Source: Octopus bimaculoides
Taxonomy: Eukaryota
DNA: 64,000 bases
Direction of reading: 5' to 3'
NCBI RefSeq assembly: GCF_001194135.2
Contig: NC_068994.1
Location: forward strand, 752,614 to 816,613
The notes below the pieces were generated by a model. That model was not told where the DNA came from. It ran no database searches and worked only from the letters and a program-made list of their open reading frames with translations. Shown here piece by piece: positions 24,901-38,701 of this stretch (its first letter is position 1; each line of letters opens with the position of its first letter). The translations under genes were made by a program, and so were the position numbers.

Positions 24901-27109
24901 GGTTTATGTTAGATATTGTGCAGTCAGTTGGGAGACACTTGTTTTTATTAGAAATATTTACATATCTTCCTCATTATGTGTAAAGTTGATAACAATCTGT
25001 TGTTACCTAGAAATGAAATGGAAGATTTGAAGTTAAGAGCTACTATTGTTTGTAAAAGAAAACCCTGCATTGACAGGGTGAGTGTGAATCTAAAGGGTTG
25101 ATGGGTTAGCGTCAGGGCATGACATGTATAGAAGATGGTCCCAAATTAGTGCAGGGTATGTAATGTATTATAAGAATACATACACATTAGTCAAGCAATG
25201 ATGAGGTTTGATGTATGATAATATTAAGGAAGTAGTTCCATATAAACTGATTTATGAATGTTTGTGAAAAAAGAAAAAAGAAAGAGAAAAAAAGTTGCTT
25301 CTAATAATATTTTTCAAATGACCATTATTGCTCGACAGTAAATATTCCCTGACTGTACAACTAATAATATCTACTGAAAATATGACCTAATTGACAGTTA
25401 TAATAAAACAGCAGGCTTTCAAACTAGATTTATCAGATATGTCAGTGATGAAGAGGACATGCCTGTAAATCTGCAGACACACAGACACAGATATACTCCC
25501 CCACCTCACACTTGTGTCTAAATAAACAATACTGTGTAGTAGTTCAATATGCTTGAGTAAGAATTGCCCTGGTGCAACGGGGCTGAGGGGTGGGGGGTGT
25601 CTAGAGGAGGGGGCTGTGTTGATGGCATTCACAGGTCCTCCCATGCTGCTGGGGGTGAATATGGGGGTTTATGTTCCACTGTAAATGGAGGTAGGGAGAG
25701 ATAGATTCCAGAGGCCGGATTGAATAAAGTGGTTTGTGGAGAGTTTGTGAGGTGTGACACAATATGACGAGGATATATGGGTGGACATGGAATTCAACTA
25801 GCCAGCTCAGAGGAGCAGTGGCCATTGTAAAAGTAGTAGAGAGAGAGAGATGGGAGTCTATAGGGAAGAGCTTGTATTGGTGTGTTTTTTGTCAATCAGT
25901 CTGATGGTTTTGTTTTTGATGTTTGTAGAGCAGCAGCAGTACCGTTGTCCCAGATAAGGGAACATTATTCAAATGTAGATATTAGTGTAACAATGTGTAT
26001 GTGTGGTAACAGCTTGGATGCTGATTAAGAATATTGTTTCATAATGTAAGTTTACACAAGTTTTAGCATAATACCTCTATTGTCATTTTATGGGATTTCC
26101 ATACTTTAGTGGGTTAGATAATGCTGCAAATCCTATAGTTTCTTTTGTCTTTTCACCAGTTTCTGTCATTAGACTACAGCTATACTGAGGCGCCATCTGT
26201 AAGGGATTTTGTCACTTATATCGACTCCACTGCTTTGGTACTCTTTCGTCAATCTTATAAGATACAAAATGCAAAGTGAACATTAGTGTAAGTGGAGATA
26301 ACTCAGTTGGACATAAATAATCTAAGGTATTTCTCATTGAAATTACCTGTCAATGCCAACTGGCTTGCTAAGGGTTGTCCATTAAATTTGATGACGGTCA
26401 GCCTCTCCTTCAAATTATAGATTGTCTTCTACAATTGTGGATTCTATGAAGACTATGCTTAATGGGTAACATCAGTGGAAGATGCAACTAATTGCATTTG
26501 AAGAATTGCAACTGTTACTGCCGATGATATACCTGCCATGTACTGTCACAAGTGAGGAAACTATGTAAGTGGCAGTATTATATTGTCACAGCTATTTGTG
26601 ATACCTAAGTTGCCACAACAACGACAACAACATCCACTCTTAAGAGCCAGGGTCCACGTTGTGGTAGAAAATACTTGTGCAGTGAACCTTATAGTGGCAT
26701 TGGGGTCTGGGGAGGTGCACACTTTCCATTATTGCTGTTCTTGCATTGAAAGGTATAGACCTACTAGCAAAACTGCTCCATCTTTAGGACGTTACTGGAA
26801 ATCCAGTCTTATCAGAGATGGCTTTAGAGCTGACTGCCAGTTTTCTTTTTTTCTGACCCTGAGTGTATTCTTCAAAGGCTTTTGTTTTCTTAAGTTTACC
26901 CACAAGGTAGCAGTGTAGTACTGATCGATCATCCCACTATAGCTAAGGAACTACCTCTCTTCGAGATAGATGTAAGAATTCAAAGTCTATGATTTTTTTT
27001 TTACCAGAACTTGTTTGCCATCTTAGTTATTTCTATGTCCCTGTGCACTGTTGCTAGATGTTGTTAACCAAGTGAACCTAACATGCTAATGGAACCCCCT
27101 CTCCCAACA

Positions 27110-27510
27110 CATTTATTGCACTCTGTATACAAGGTTGTATAGAAAAACTTGTTTCTTGAATGTAGAAGTTCTGCAATAGCCAGGAAAAACTGGATGTGTA
27201 ATGTTAGTGGTGCATGGAGGATGGTGGCTAGGTGAGTGGAGTGAAAAAGCTGGATATATGAAAAATGAGACGTAGTGTGTAAGGGAGAAGACTGTGTTGG
27301 TTCAGGCATGTGATGTGTTTGAGAGATACTGTTATGTGTCTGAAGAAGTGCTGAGAGTTTGAAGTGCAGAAGAGGGTGAGCTAGGAAGACATAGGACAAA
27401 GTGGTGAATGCTGACCTCAGTAAGCTGAATTTCACAAAGACCCATTATGAATGGTGATATGTAGTTCTGGAGAAGACCAACCCACTGGCACAAGCATGGT
27501 AAAATGATTA
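27110..27510 (+). mobile_element. RTE-clade LINE 3' fragment
   Basis: Encodes RRLCWFRHVMC.. and ends CCAACCCACTGGCACAAGCATGG, like the other RTE tails. Confidence 0.7.
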
Positions 27511-30455
27511 ATAAGTTGGTGGTGTTGATGGCGGTAGGGTTGTATATTAGATCTCTCACCATTTTATTCCTATTAAGTTTCCATCTACTGCCCTCTTTAT
27601 TATCACTTATCCGTTTCACTGAATGGTATTTCATTTGATTCGACCTGTCTCTATTCGATATCCTGTCATCATACTGCCTCTTATGTGATACTTTATTGCC
27701 ATTGACCATCTGTTGCTAGCTTTCACCCACTCACTCTTATTACCTCTAATTTTTGTTGCTATCCTCTCGCTGTTCATTGTTTTCCTATTCAATATGCAAC
27801 TACCATCACTATCTCTCCTCCATTACTCCTCCCTTCCCTGCCATCCTCTCCTATTATTCTCCTTCCTCTCTTCCTATTTTACTCATGCTCTTCTTTCAGC
27901 CTCTTAGAATTCAGGTATGAGCGGTTATAAAACCCTTGATTTTTGGGGAATAAATCAGTGTTCGTTGGTTGTCACTTGATTCCCCGACACTCACTTTCTT
28001 GAGATATTGGTCATTGTCATGCCAAGTCTCTTATCTAATTCAACAAGGCTATTTTGAATTGTTGTTTAAAACTCTTGTAGCTCAGTTATGGAAGAATTAA
28101 TTAATTTGAATTTCATGTCATAACCCTCTACGACAGTCTTCTTTTGACTAATAAAAATGTACTGTAAATATTAAATATACGTAAATAAGTTAATTTAGTA
28201 AATAATTTCTTTTTCTTCATTTTCTTCAACTTGTTGATGAAATTTATTTCTGCAACTATGAAACTGTTAGTGTAGTGGTGAAAAAGAGTGAGCTTTATTA
28301 TCTTCAACATACATGCATGTTCAGCATCTTAGGGTGTATAATTCACCACAGTGTTTATGTAGTCTGAGCTAGGATTATATATGGTGATAAATACTTATAA
28401 TTAAGTTATAAGTGATGGCTTTATCACCCTAGTTTCCTACTCAAGAAATATTTATATTTATCATCTCTTCCAAGTCAAAACCGTTATAAATTGGGGATCA
28501 ACTGACGTGGATTCTGAATTCTACTCAGGAGAATGATCACCGTTATAAATTGGTGACCCCGACATGATAAATAGAGAAAATCATTTAATTATTATAGACA
28601 AATTTCCACTGTTATACATTACTACTCATCATTTCTTCTCAATATTCACGCCAGTTATAAACTAGGCGATCCATCCCATTATAATCCACTGTTATAATGA
28701 CATTGTAAATGTTTTGAGTGGAAAATTGAGTATAAAAAGCATTAGATACAGTGTGTAGAAGAGAAGACTGTGCTGGTATTGATATATGATGCATATTGAT
28801 GAAGACCTTGGATAAAGAAGTGGACATGTTCATGGAAGTTCCTCTCGCAGCATTCTCTTTATCTTTCCTAAATTTAACCAACTGAACTCCTTTCCTCTTT
28901 GCATTAACTATGGTATATTACTCAATCAATGTTGATGATGACAATGATGGCATCGTTGCCTGATCCACTGATTAATTATCTGTTCTGATGATAATCTGCT
29001 TCAACTCTGGTTTGAGGTTTTGAAGGATCATTAGATACATATGGTGTGTCAGTGCTTTCATTCAACCTGTTTGAACGAGCCTCCGTCTTTCCCTCCCAAT
29101 TATATATGCACCTTTTTAACTAGAACAATGAAAGTTATATTCAAATAATCTCGTCCCCGAAAACAAAGCATGTTGGACATAGCTGGAATGTCTTTGGTTA
29201 TAGATCAATTTCATGAGGGCTGGCCTCTGGGCTAAACAACAACCTGTGCAACCTCATTAAAAGTACACTCCACTGCCATCTCTTCTACTACGTAGCAGCA
29301 TTGTTTTAATGAGAGAGGTGGTGGTGGAGGTGTCATGATAAATGTGAGTGTGAGAGAGAGAGAGGGGGGGAATGTAAAGGGGTATACGTGTGTGTGTGTG
29401 TGTGTGTGCTTGTGGTGTAAGTTGGTAGGTGTATGTGTGTGTGTGTGTGGGAGAAAGAGATTTGTAAGTTGGTACTTGTGCTGTGTGGTACAATTTGACA
29501 GCAAGCCCATGACATTTAGATCCTCCATATCGATTTGGGTCGTGTAGATCTAACCTGTTTTGTTACTGATGTTACATTTTTGAGCATAACACAACATTCC
29601 TGTGTGTGTAAAAACATCTCTTGAATGGGAGGTGGGATCATAGACAATGGGCAGCAGATAGAGCGTGTCGGGTGATTGGAGAGTATCTACCGTTGTATCA
29701 TGTTCTTGGTTCAAAATCCTGCAGGGTTGGTGAAGCTCCTGGGATTTGGTAAAAAGGACAGATATCTCTCCTTTTCTTCAGAAATGTACTTTATTGATTG
29801 ATTGATTGATTGAGAGAGAGAGAGAGAGATTAATCTTGAGTGATAGTTTAGTTTGTCGGGTAGAAAAAGGTATTGAAGCCATTCCTTTTGGAGTGATTTT
29901 GTTATTTCATTACACTTTATGTTGAGTGTACATTGTATGTAAAAGAGACTTTGTTTCATGTATGTAAATGTGGATATTTGTGCCAGTGGTGTACATGATT
30001 TAACTTTGACTTTATATGTATCTGTGTATATGTATACACACATTATCTCACTTTCATTATCAACTTATATATCCAAAATATAAGTTATATAACATTATTG
30101 TTTCACTGCTCACTTTTCCATGGTTACATATGTTAGATGGAGTTTATTGAGGCAGATTGTTTTTATGGCTGGATGCCCTTCCTGTCACCAACCATCACCC
30201 GTTTCCAAGTAAGGTAATCTTTCCTCATGGCCAGACATGTTTTTCACAGAAGGCTGGAAATGAATGAAATCTATTTACAACACTCCTACAATAAACACAA
30301 GCATGCACGTATAATATTTATATATATATATATGAATATATGTATGTCTATGTGTGTATTTATATACCTACATATACATGCATATATATATATACATATA
30401 TGTATGTATATACATGTAGATATATATGTATATACAGACATACCTCGGCTTAAGT

Positions 30456-30783
30456 CATCATCATCATCGTTTAACGTCCTCTTTCCATGCTAGCATGGGT
30501 TGGACGATTTGACAGAGGACTGGTGAAACCAGATGGCTACACCAGGCTCCAATCTGATTTGGCAGAGTTTCTACAGCTGGATGCCCTTCCTAACGCCAAC
30601 CACTCAGAGAGTGTAGTGGGTGCTTTTACGTGTCACCCGCACGAAGGCCAGTCAGGTGGTACTGACAATGGCCACGCTCAAAATGGTGTATTTTACGTGC
30701 CACCTGCACAGGGCCAGTTCGGTGGCACTGGCAACGATCTCGCTCGAATGTCATAATCTCGCTCGAATGTCATAATCTCGCTC
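30456..30783 (-). mobile_element. Family B element (young), with a 19-bp tandem triplication at 30737-30783
   Basis: Near-identical to 9076-9313. ATCTCGCTCGAATGTCATA is repeated 2.5 times. Confidence 0.85.
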
Positions 30784-30811
30784 AAATATATATATATATA
30801 TATATATACAC

Positions 30812-31215
30812 CATCATCATCATCATCGTTTAATGTCCGTTTTCCATGCTGGCATGGCTTGGATGGTTTGACTGGGCTCTGGGAAGCCAGGGGGCTGTAC
30901 CAGGCCCCAATCTGATCTGGCCATGTTTTTACAGCTGGATGCCCTTCCTAATGCCAACCACTCCGAGAGTGTAGTGCGTGCTTATTACGTGCCACTGGCA
31001 CAGAGGCCAGAGGAGCTGGCATTGACCAACCACGATTGGATGGAGCTTCTTACGTGCCGCTGGCATGGAAGCCAGTCAAGGCGGCACTGGCATTGGTAAC
31101 GTTCGGATGGTGCTTTTTACATGCCACCGGCATGGGGGTCACAACTACAATTTCTATTTTATTGTAATTTGATTTTAATTTGATATTGATGTTGATGTAT
31201 TTGACTCAATAGGTC
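30812..31215 (-). mobile_element. Family B element, more diverged
   Basis: (CAT)n followed by GTTTAATGTCCGTTTTCCATGCTGGCATGG..CAGCTGGATGCCCTTCCTAATGCCAACCACTCCGAGAGTG. Confidence 0.8.
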
Positions 31216-31269
31216 TCCTCAAGCTGGTTATGTGACACTGGTGTAGGTTACAGCTGTGAATTCACTTTA

Positions 31270-32035
31270 TTTGCCGGGTCTTCTCAGTCACAGCATTTCT
31301 CCAGAGGTCTCAGTCTCACAGGAGGTGCTGAGTAGATTAGAGCATGAATCAGGGAAGGTAGGATTGTACTGTAATGCAAAGAAAACAGAGCAGCAAGTAT
31401 TCAACCACGAAATGCCTGTGTCAGTGAAAGTTAAAGACGGTAAGTTGCTGAAGGTAGTTGAAAATTTCAAATAGTTTGGTGTGTGGACACAAAGTACTGA
31501 AAAAGGCATCACAGCAAGAAAAGCTCTTGTCTGGAGTGTATGCCATAAATTGAGAAAGGTCTGGAGTTCCAAGTTAGGAAGGAAATTGAAAGTGAGGTTG
31601 TTTCTGGCAACAGTGGAGTCTGCTCTTCTATACGGGGCTGAAACATGGACGCTCACTGAAGCATCGAAGAAGCAGTTGGATGGTTGTTATATGAGGATGC
31701 TTAGAATGGCACTCAATGTATCCTGGAAGAGTCAAGCAACAAATGCCGACTCATTCCAGGGATTACCAAAAGTAACATTGAAGATACAGCATAGAAGGAT
31801 GAGGTTAGCTGGACACTGCATCAGACACACCGATGAAATTGCTAACGAGCTGGTGCTCTAACAATCAAGAGAAGGAAGAGCCAGGAGAGGAAGGAGGAAG
31901 ATAACCCGTATCGAGAACTTGCTGGAGGATACTGGTACGAAAGGGCTACAGGCGCTGAGGACCATTATGGAAGATCGAGATGAATGGGGGAAATGTGTGG
32001 AAACAGCCTTGGGGCATACTGAGGGACGACCTAGA
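31270..32035 (+). mobile_element. 5'-truncated RTE-clade LINE ORF2 (second subfamily), frame preserved with two nonsense codons
   Basis: ORFs 31256-31474, 31481-31861 and 31919 onward share one frame: GLYCNAKKTE..FK*FG..KVRLFLATVESALLYGAETWTLT..LDGCYMRMLRMALNVSW..RRMRLAGHCIRH..EDRDEW. It is followed by (TG)n. Confidence 0.92.
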
Positions 32036-32316
32036 TGTGTGTGTGTGTGTGTGTGTTTGAATATACATATGTATGAATATATGTGTATATGTATATATAT
32101 ATATGTATGAATATATATATGTGTGTATAAATGTATGTATATATATGTGTATACATGTGTGTATATATGTATGTATATATATGTATATACATGTATGTAT
32201 ATCTATATATGTGTGTGTGTGTGTGTATATATATAATGTATATACACATATGTATGTGTATGTGTATACACACACACACATATATACACACACGCAGACA
32301 CGCACACACATACCAT

Positions 32317-32476
32317 ATGCATCTTTCAGTGTCCAGCTACCAGATCCACCCTCAAGCTTTGTTTGGTTGGGGGCTGTAGTAAAAGACGACACTTGCCTGA
32401 GGTACCATGTTGTGGGACTGAACTTGAAACTATGTGTTTGGGAAATAAACATCTTAACCACACAGCCACACCTGAT
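32317..32476 (-). mobile_element. SINE family A head fragment
   Basis: GACACTTGCCTGAGGTACC..GGGACTGAAC..ACCACACAGCCACACCTG. Confidence 0.7.
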
Positions 32477-35400
32477 AATTTTGTCTTCAAAAGATACTAT
32501 TCAGATGTGTGTGTGTGTTCTAATACTTTTGTGTTTACATAAACTTCTTGTATATATCTTTTGTATTTATAATTATATCTATAAATAAAGCATAAATATA
32601 TTTGAAATAACATATTTACTCCAGGATAATGCAATCTCAAATATAATGTGGTACCCATCCCCAATTTTTGAATCTAAAAATCAGTCTTACATTTTGTCTT
32701 ACCTATTTTTTTTTACCCTTTACTGTTATGTGACCCCTCTATCAACTTTGACCCTGATTTCTCATACTATGCATGTGTAAATGCTCCTAGTTTGTAATTG
32801 TGTATATTGACTATGAAATTTGTGTCTACTGAATATGAAATATGAGTGCACATATGTACATTGAATCTTTAAGCAGATGTATAATTATATATATTGAATT
32901 TGAAATGTGTATATAATTATAAATATGTGTGTATTGGCTATATATATGTATATATATATATGTCTACATATATTTATATATATGTCTGTATTTGTGTATA
33001 CTGAATACAGAAATATGAAATGGCAAGTGTCTAAAGTGATAATCAATAGAAAAATCCTTTCTTGTAGATTGACATGAAACCAGCATAAAAATCTTCATAG
33101 TTTTTCTTAGTTTTTCTGATGAAATCATTGTTTTATTTTATCTTTTGTCACCTTTTTTTACAGCTCTTTACATTCTTATATATTTTGTGGATTAGTTGAA
33201 TATAAACACGACGCTACTACTACTTGTTTTGTCACTTGATATTCATGTTACATTTTATAGCCAGCTGAAATCTTGATATATTCAATATTTTCTTTTTTTC
33301 AATTGTCATTTACCTGAGTTTATTTGAGTCACATACGTGCACGCACACACGCACACACACACTCACACACACACACACGCCTTACACTACATTGGTTTGC
33401 TTACACCTATTTCTGTGCACTATTATATAGAGGTCACCATAACCTCACATACAAATATGTCTTCTCCTCACTGATACACCACACACTGTTTTTATTTGCA
33501 ACTGTTCCGTGTTTATGTGAGTCACGGTTTTGATCTTTATTAACATATAACTGACATTATTAGTTCAGCTTTATCACATAATTGTTATTCTGCTATTTAT
33601 TATCAATTAGTGATACTTATATCAAGTAATAAACACTGGTCTCTTAAGTGATGTTTAACTTTGAATTGTCTCAAATCTAATCCTTCTTTCATCTCTCTGA
33701 AACTTTTTCAGTATTGTTTACTTTAAACCAATTACAGTTCCATAGGTAGTTTCATATCCATTTTCTATAAATTAATTTAAATTTAATAAGCCTACCTAAT
33801 TGGAAATGAATTACACTCTGTTACTTGGTCGTGTTTTCTCTACAAATTTTCAATGAAATATTTACTTCTGGAAATGATTTGTCTGTAAAAACTAACAAAT
33901 CATTGTCCTACAGTGTATTACAAAACTTCTGTCTTTTATAATAGACTGCTATTATTACTTTAAAATGACTCCACTTTGTTTTTATTTCTTTTCAAGAATA
34001 TACACCAGAGTGAACATTGAAGGAAGAAATGTTGTGAACAATTTATAATCTTCAGGAAGCAGTAAGTATTCATAACATAAACACTTGCATGTGCTACAGA
34101 TAATTTCTTTATAAATATTTCTTTTAAGTAGATAAAACACATTTAACACTATTTTATTCAATGTTTTATTAATTTTCTCATCTCAGGGAAAAAACTGTTT
34201 TGGATTGTTTCACTGTTTAATTAAATCTATTATTTAGGCTTAATTGCACTATTCATGACTTGATGGTGCTAATGAGGCTTCTGATGTCTAGCTATTTATT
34301 AAATATTTTGTTTTCTTTACATTGAAGGCAAATGTGTGATGGAAATACAACAAAATAGGCAGAAAAAAACCATTGTTGAGTCAAAGGGAAATCCCAGCTA
34401 CTATTCAGGCTTCAAAGTGGAATGGTGTTAATCCATAAACATTATTAGAATTATAATGGATTTAGATAAGAAAATAAATTTAATATTTCCTACTGGAAAA
34501 CTCCATTAGAAGGTTGATATTTGAAATGAAATGAAGCTAGTATAGAAAAATAGGATAGAAAGATTATTTAAAACCAAAGGAAGTAACTGAACCAAGGATG
34601 AAGATCATAGGCAATTTTAGGAAATGATGAAGAATGATAAGCTTTATGAAGAATATGTCACTGGTAAATTGCTAAATATTGGTGTCAGTTTTCAATGTTT
34701 TCTCCTAAAATATTTGGTCACTAAAACGTGATATAATTAGAAGAGCAAACCTATGATGGAGAGTGTTCCAACCATGGCCATCCCATTGTTTCAAGGCACA
34801 GTGTACATAGAACTACATTTTCTAAGATGGTGTGATTTGAGAGAGATTTGGTTACTATTTCTCTTAGGCCAAACAACTTTGTTGAAGGTGTAATATTTAG
34901 ATGTATTCCACTGGCTTTGTCAAGATGTTCCCTTGATTTAAAACTGGTTGCTAAAATGGTCATGAAGATGTATAGAGTATGTAGCAGACCCTTGAAAGTA
35001 GGTACAGCATGACAAGAATAAGAAATTAGAAACATTGGGGATACCAAAAATTGTCTCCTGTTATTTTCTGAAGTGGTTTTACAATTGATGAAAATGTTTG
35101 TTTGTTTCTTTTTTTAACTTACAAAGTTTGCATGGAATAAGATTAAATTTCTAAAACCTGCACAAAGACCAAGCTAGTATGTGAAGTAAGGAAATGTTAT
35201 AGGAATAGATCTGATACAATGGAATGAGTTAACTGAAGTAAATCTGATGTTAAGGTTAGTTTGCTGGATGCCCTTCCAAATGCCACCCCCTTTGCAGTGT
35301 GAACTGGATGCTTTTAATGTGGCACCAACCCTGGCAGGGTCACCAAGTAACTTGCAAGACAAGAAATTATGAGAGGAGCAGGGGCATTTGAGGAGGGGAA

Positions 35401-36009
35401 CTTGTGTTAGCGGATCAAAGGTTAGAGGGTGACTAAGAGACAGAGAGGCAGAAACAGGTGCCTTGCTATAAAGGAGGGGGTCATTGGAGGAGGTGATCCA
35501 GTATCAGACAATGAACGGTTAGAGTGTGACAGAGAAATAGGGAGGCAGAAATAGGTGTCTTGCTACAGAGCAGGTACATGGTTACCCAGTGAGAGAGAGA
35601 GAGCAACCAAAAATGAGGGCAGAAATAGGTGTGCTGCTGTAGAGGAGATATGTGGCTACCCAGCCGGGGGTGGGGTGGGGGAGCAAGGTAAAGAGAGAGA
35701 GAGAGAGAGTAGGAAACAGCAAAAAGTGTAAGAGAGAGCAAGGGAGCATATTCACAAGTAACAAGGATCAGAGCATAGATGTGATGGTAGAGTAAAGAAA
35801 AGAGAAGTATGAAGGTCGTAATATATGCAGCCAGGTGTTGCCAAAAAGGTACAAGTAGGAAGTGGGGATTGCAAGAAAGGGGATTGGAAGACAGTCAAAG
35901 TTTATGAAGAAGAAATGTGAGGAAGAGAAAGTTGCTGTTTAGAAGAGATGTAGCTTGGTTTCTTGGGGTAGGGGGTGTGAAAAGTTTGATGTTACATGTT
36001 GGTGGGATA

Positions 36010-36295
36010 CAACTCTTCTAGCCCTCAGTTTTACTTACATGGATGGGTCTTGTCTAGAACCTTATATTGCCAGACAGCTCAGTCTATTGTCATTTCCTCC
36101 ATGATCCTCAACATCCTAAGATCAGTCCTCACCACTTCATCCCATGTCTTTCTGGGTCTCCCTCTTCCACAGGTGCCATTCGCTTTCAGTGACAGACACT
36201 TCTTTGTACACCTGTCTTCACACATACACATCACATATCCAAACAAATGCATTCTCCTCTCCTGCATGCTATATTTAATCCCTCTTATGCCTAAT
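36010..36295 (-). mobile_element. RTE-clade LINE 3' fragment
   Basis: LGIRGIKYSMQERRMHLFGYVMCMCEDRCTKKCLSLKANGTCGRGRPRKTWDEVVRTDLRML. Confidence 0.85.
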
Positions 36296-36601
36296 ATATA
36301 TATGTATGTATATATATATGTATGTATATATATATGTATATATTTACACACAGACACACACACACACACAAATATATTTACATGAAGCATAAAAATACAG
36401 AATACTAAGAAGAGAATACATAATTTAACTCATTTCTTATATTCAGTACTAAGATATTAGACAACTCAATTATCTTACATCAAGACTCCTACCCCTACCC
36501 TGTCACCTCTACTGAATCAACTCTTGTTGCATGTTTTCCATTCTGTCTGACACCTTAGATCAACTTTCTGGTACTTGGGTTAATTATTATTATTTGTTGG
36601 G

Positions 36602-38701
36602 TTAACCCCGTGACAATGTTTTTTTCTATTAAGCAACTAGGTTGCATCAATGGTAATCATCTTGGCTGAGATCAGCAATTAGCGCACAACAATGGTTTGG
36701 CATATATTTACATCGACCACTTTAACCAGTTTACGGCAGTGATTCTTTTGGTTGCCTGCATGCGGCAACAGTAATCGTGTCGATTGAGGTCAGCACTCAG
36801 TGTGAGATAATGTTTGGCGTATATTTACATCAAGTGCTTTAGTGCAAGTACTGTTCATTTACCTAAACTATATCCCTGTGCAGGACGCTCATGCGGTATC
36901 ATTCTTGAATAAGATCACTTGACAGCACAAGTCAGATCAACTTCATCCATGTATTCAAAAATTCACGTGAATTCAAAAATTGACTTCAGTATGGTTGAGT
37001 TCAAAACAGGGTGCCACACACAGTGGCAAATCACATTGTGAACAGTGGTATCTAGTTTCCTTATGTTTCCCTTTTCCTTTGCATACTGTGCATCTCTTTG
37101 AAGCATTAGTCTTCTTGGCACTGTGCGGAAACAGTTGTGGGAAATGTCCACATCCCTTCACCATGCGGTGAGGAGAGAATCTGGTGTGGGGATGTCCACA
37201 TATTCTGTACTTTGGCAGGTCTGATGCTTCTGTCATTTCATGGGACAATAGATTCCCGAATGTCAATCCTTCCCCCACACTGCCAACCATCTGCCAAATC
37301 AAACGTGAGTTCATGACACACATGTCAACTATATACAAGAAAATTTTTTTGTACCATTTCACAAATTTTCTCACCGATTTCTGTGTTGTCACCAGCTGAT
37401 TTGAGCGATTGACTCTTGCCCGTCCCTTCATTGTATGAAACAATTACACTAGGTGTCATTATGGCATTACCAACGACATCTTGTTTCCTAGTGTCCACCA
37501 TGCTTGCAGAATGCATTGTAGATAACATGCAGACGTTTTTCTTATCACACCATACTAGAGCAAGAATGCCACTACCGGTGTATCGGTACGCTGTTTCCCC
37601 CTTTCGAAATTTTATCTTGTGAAAAGATTGGTCAGCATGTTTTTCCTGGAAAAACCAGCTGTCCATATAAATATTGTAGACTTTGTCCCCAAAGCGGGCA
37701 CATTAGGTTGGGTTGTATTGTTTGAATCAGAGCCTTCTCTTGAATTTTCACAAACTCTTGTTCATACAAATGTCCTGTGTGGGGACATACACCGTTCTGA
37801 AATTTTCAGTCACTTCGTCAATGATGGGATGTATTTTGTGCAGCCTGTCATCCTGGTTCTCATCTGAGTTGAAATGTAGACTTCGAAGAAGCACCAAAAA
37901 CCAATCATGTGGCATCATTTCCAAAAAGGAAGGTATTGACATGGCTAGATCCCAATTCCAATATGATGCCGGGGTCGGTTTCTTCACGATGCCCATCAGC
38001 ACCAGCAGAGCAAGCAGAACGTTTTGTCCCCTTTGGTTGGAAACCAATCACTGCAGTGACTGGGTTTGATATACTGGGAATAGTTTTCAGCATAGTAATT
38101 CGTTTCGTCTGCTACATATTGGAATATTTCATCCTTCAAAAACTCAAGGAAGATTTCCAATGGCAAACTTCCATATTCAGGGTTTGCCTTTCTGCCAGGT
38201 GTACCATAAACTCATGCTGTGACACAAAATTGTTTCTTGCTCGCCACATGACATTATGTTGTCCAGGGCCATTCACTACTGCCTGCCTGTACTTCTGATT
38301 CCCTGGAATATCATCATCGCTATCGGAATCATCTGATTCTGAACTAGGAAAAGTACTCACTCTCTGAGTCATCATCGAAATTGGAAGAAACAACTGGTGA
38401 AGTGGTGGAGCTTGGTGTAGCTTGACATGATGACTGTAAGTTTGACACGGAGCTGGAGCGGTAGGACGTGACGACCATAAATTCAACAAAACAAGATGAA
38501 GTGGTGATGAAGTTAAGAGGGCCAGAGTGGCAGGACCAGCCTATTGGGTTGTAAATATTTACATGAAACATCTAATCAACCTATCAGTTGTCTAACTCAG
38601 GCAACAGGTTCTAAGTCAGGTGGCGTATAATTATGTCGATTGATTTTAAAGCATGTACATTGCATGCATAGATTAATAGCCAACTGTTTTAAAAGGGTTA
38701 A
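36602..38701 (-). mobile_element. piggyBac (PGBD4-like) transposon, pseudogenised, bounded by TTAA
   Basis: Fragmented minus-strand ORF: acidic N-terminus SESDDSDSDDD, VADETNYYA, LMGIVKKP..YW, LRSLHF..DRLHKIHPII, YMDSWF, ILALVWCDKKNVCMLSTMH, KWYKKIFLYIVDMCVMNS and Cys-rich tail RCTVC..KETRYHCSQCDLPLCVAPCFELNH. TTAA|CCC lies at 36602 and GGG|TTAA at 38695-38701. There are frameshifts, stops and internal deletions. Confidence 0.92.

Noticed and set aside
25387-25830. G-rich stretch whose minus strand gives SIVYLDTSV, faintly like a Penelope RT motif
   Set aside because: It is a single short resemblance with no other RT or GIY-YIG motifs in order.
31946-32588. ORFs rich in HT/YI/CV dipeptides (also 9391-9783, 41524-41989, 61223-61652, 62610-62966)
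   Set aside because: They are translations of (CA)n/(TA)n microsatellites and SINEs, not genes.
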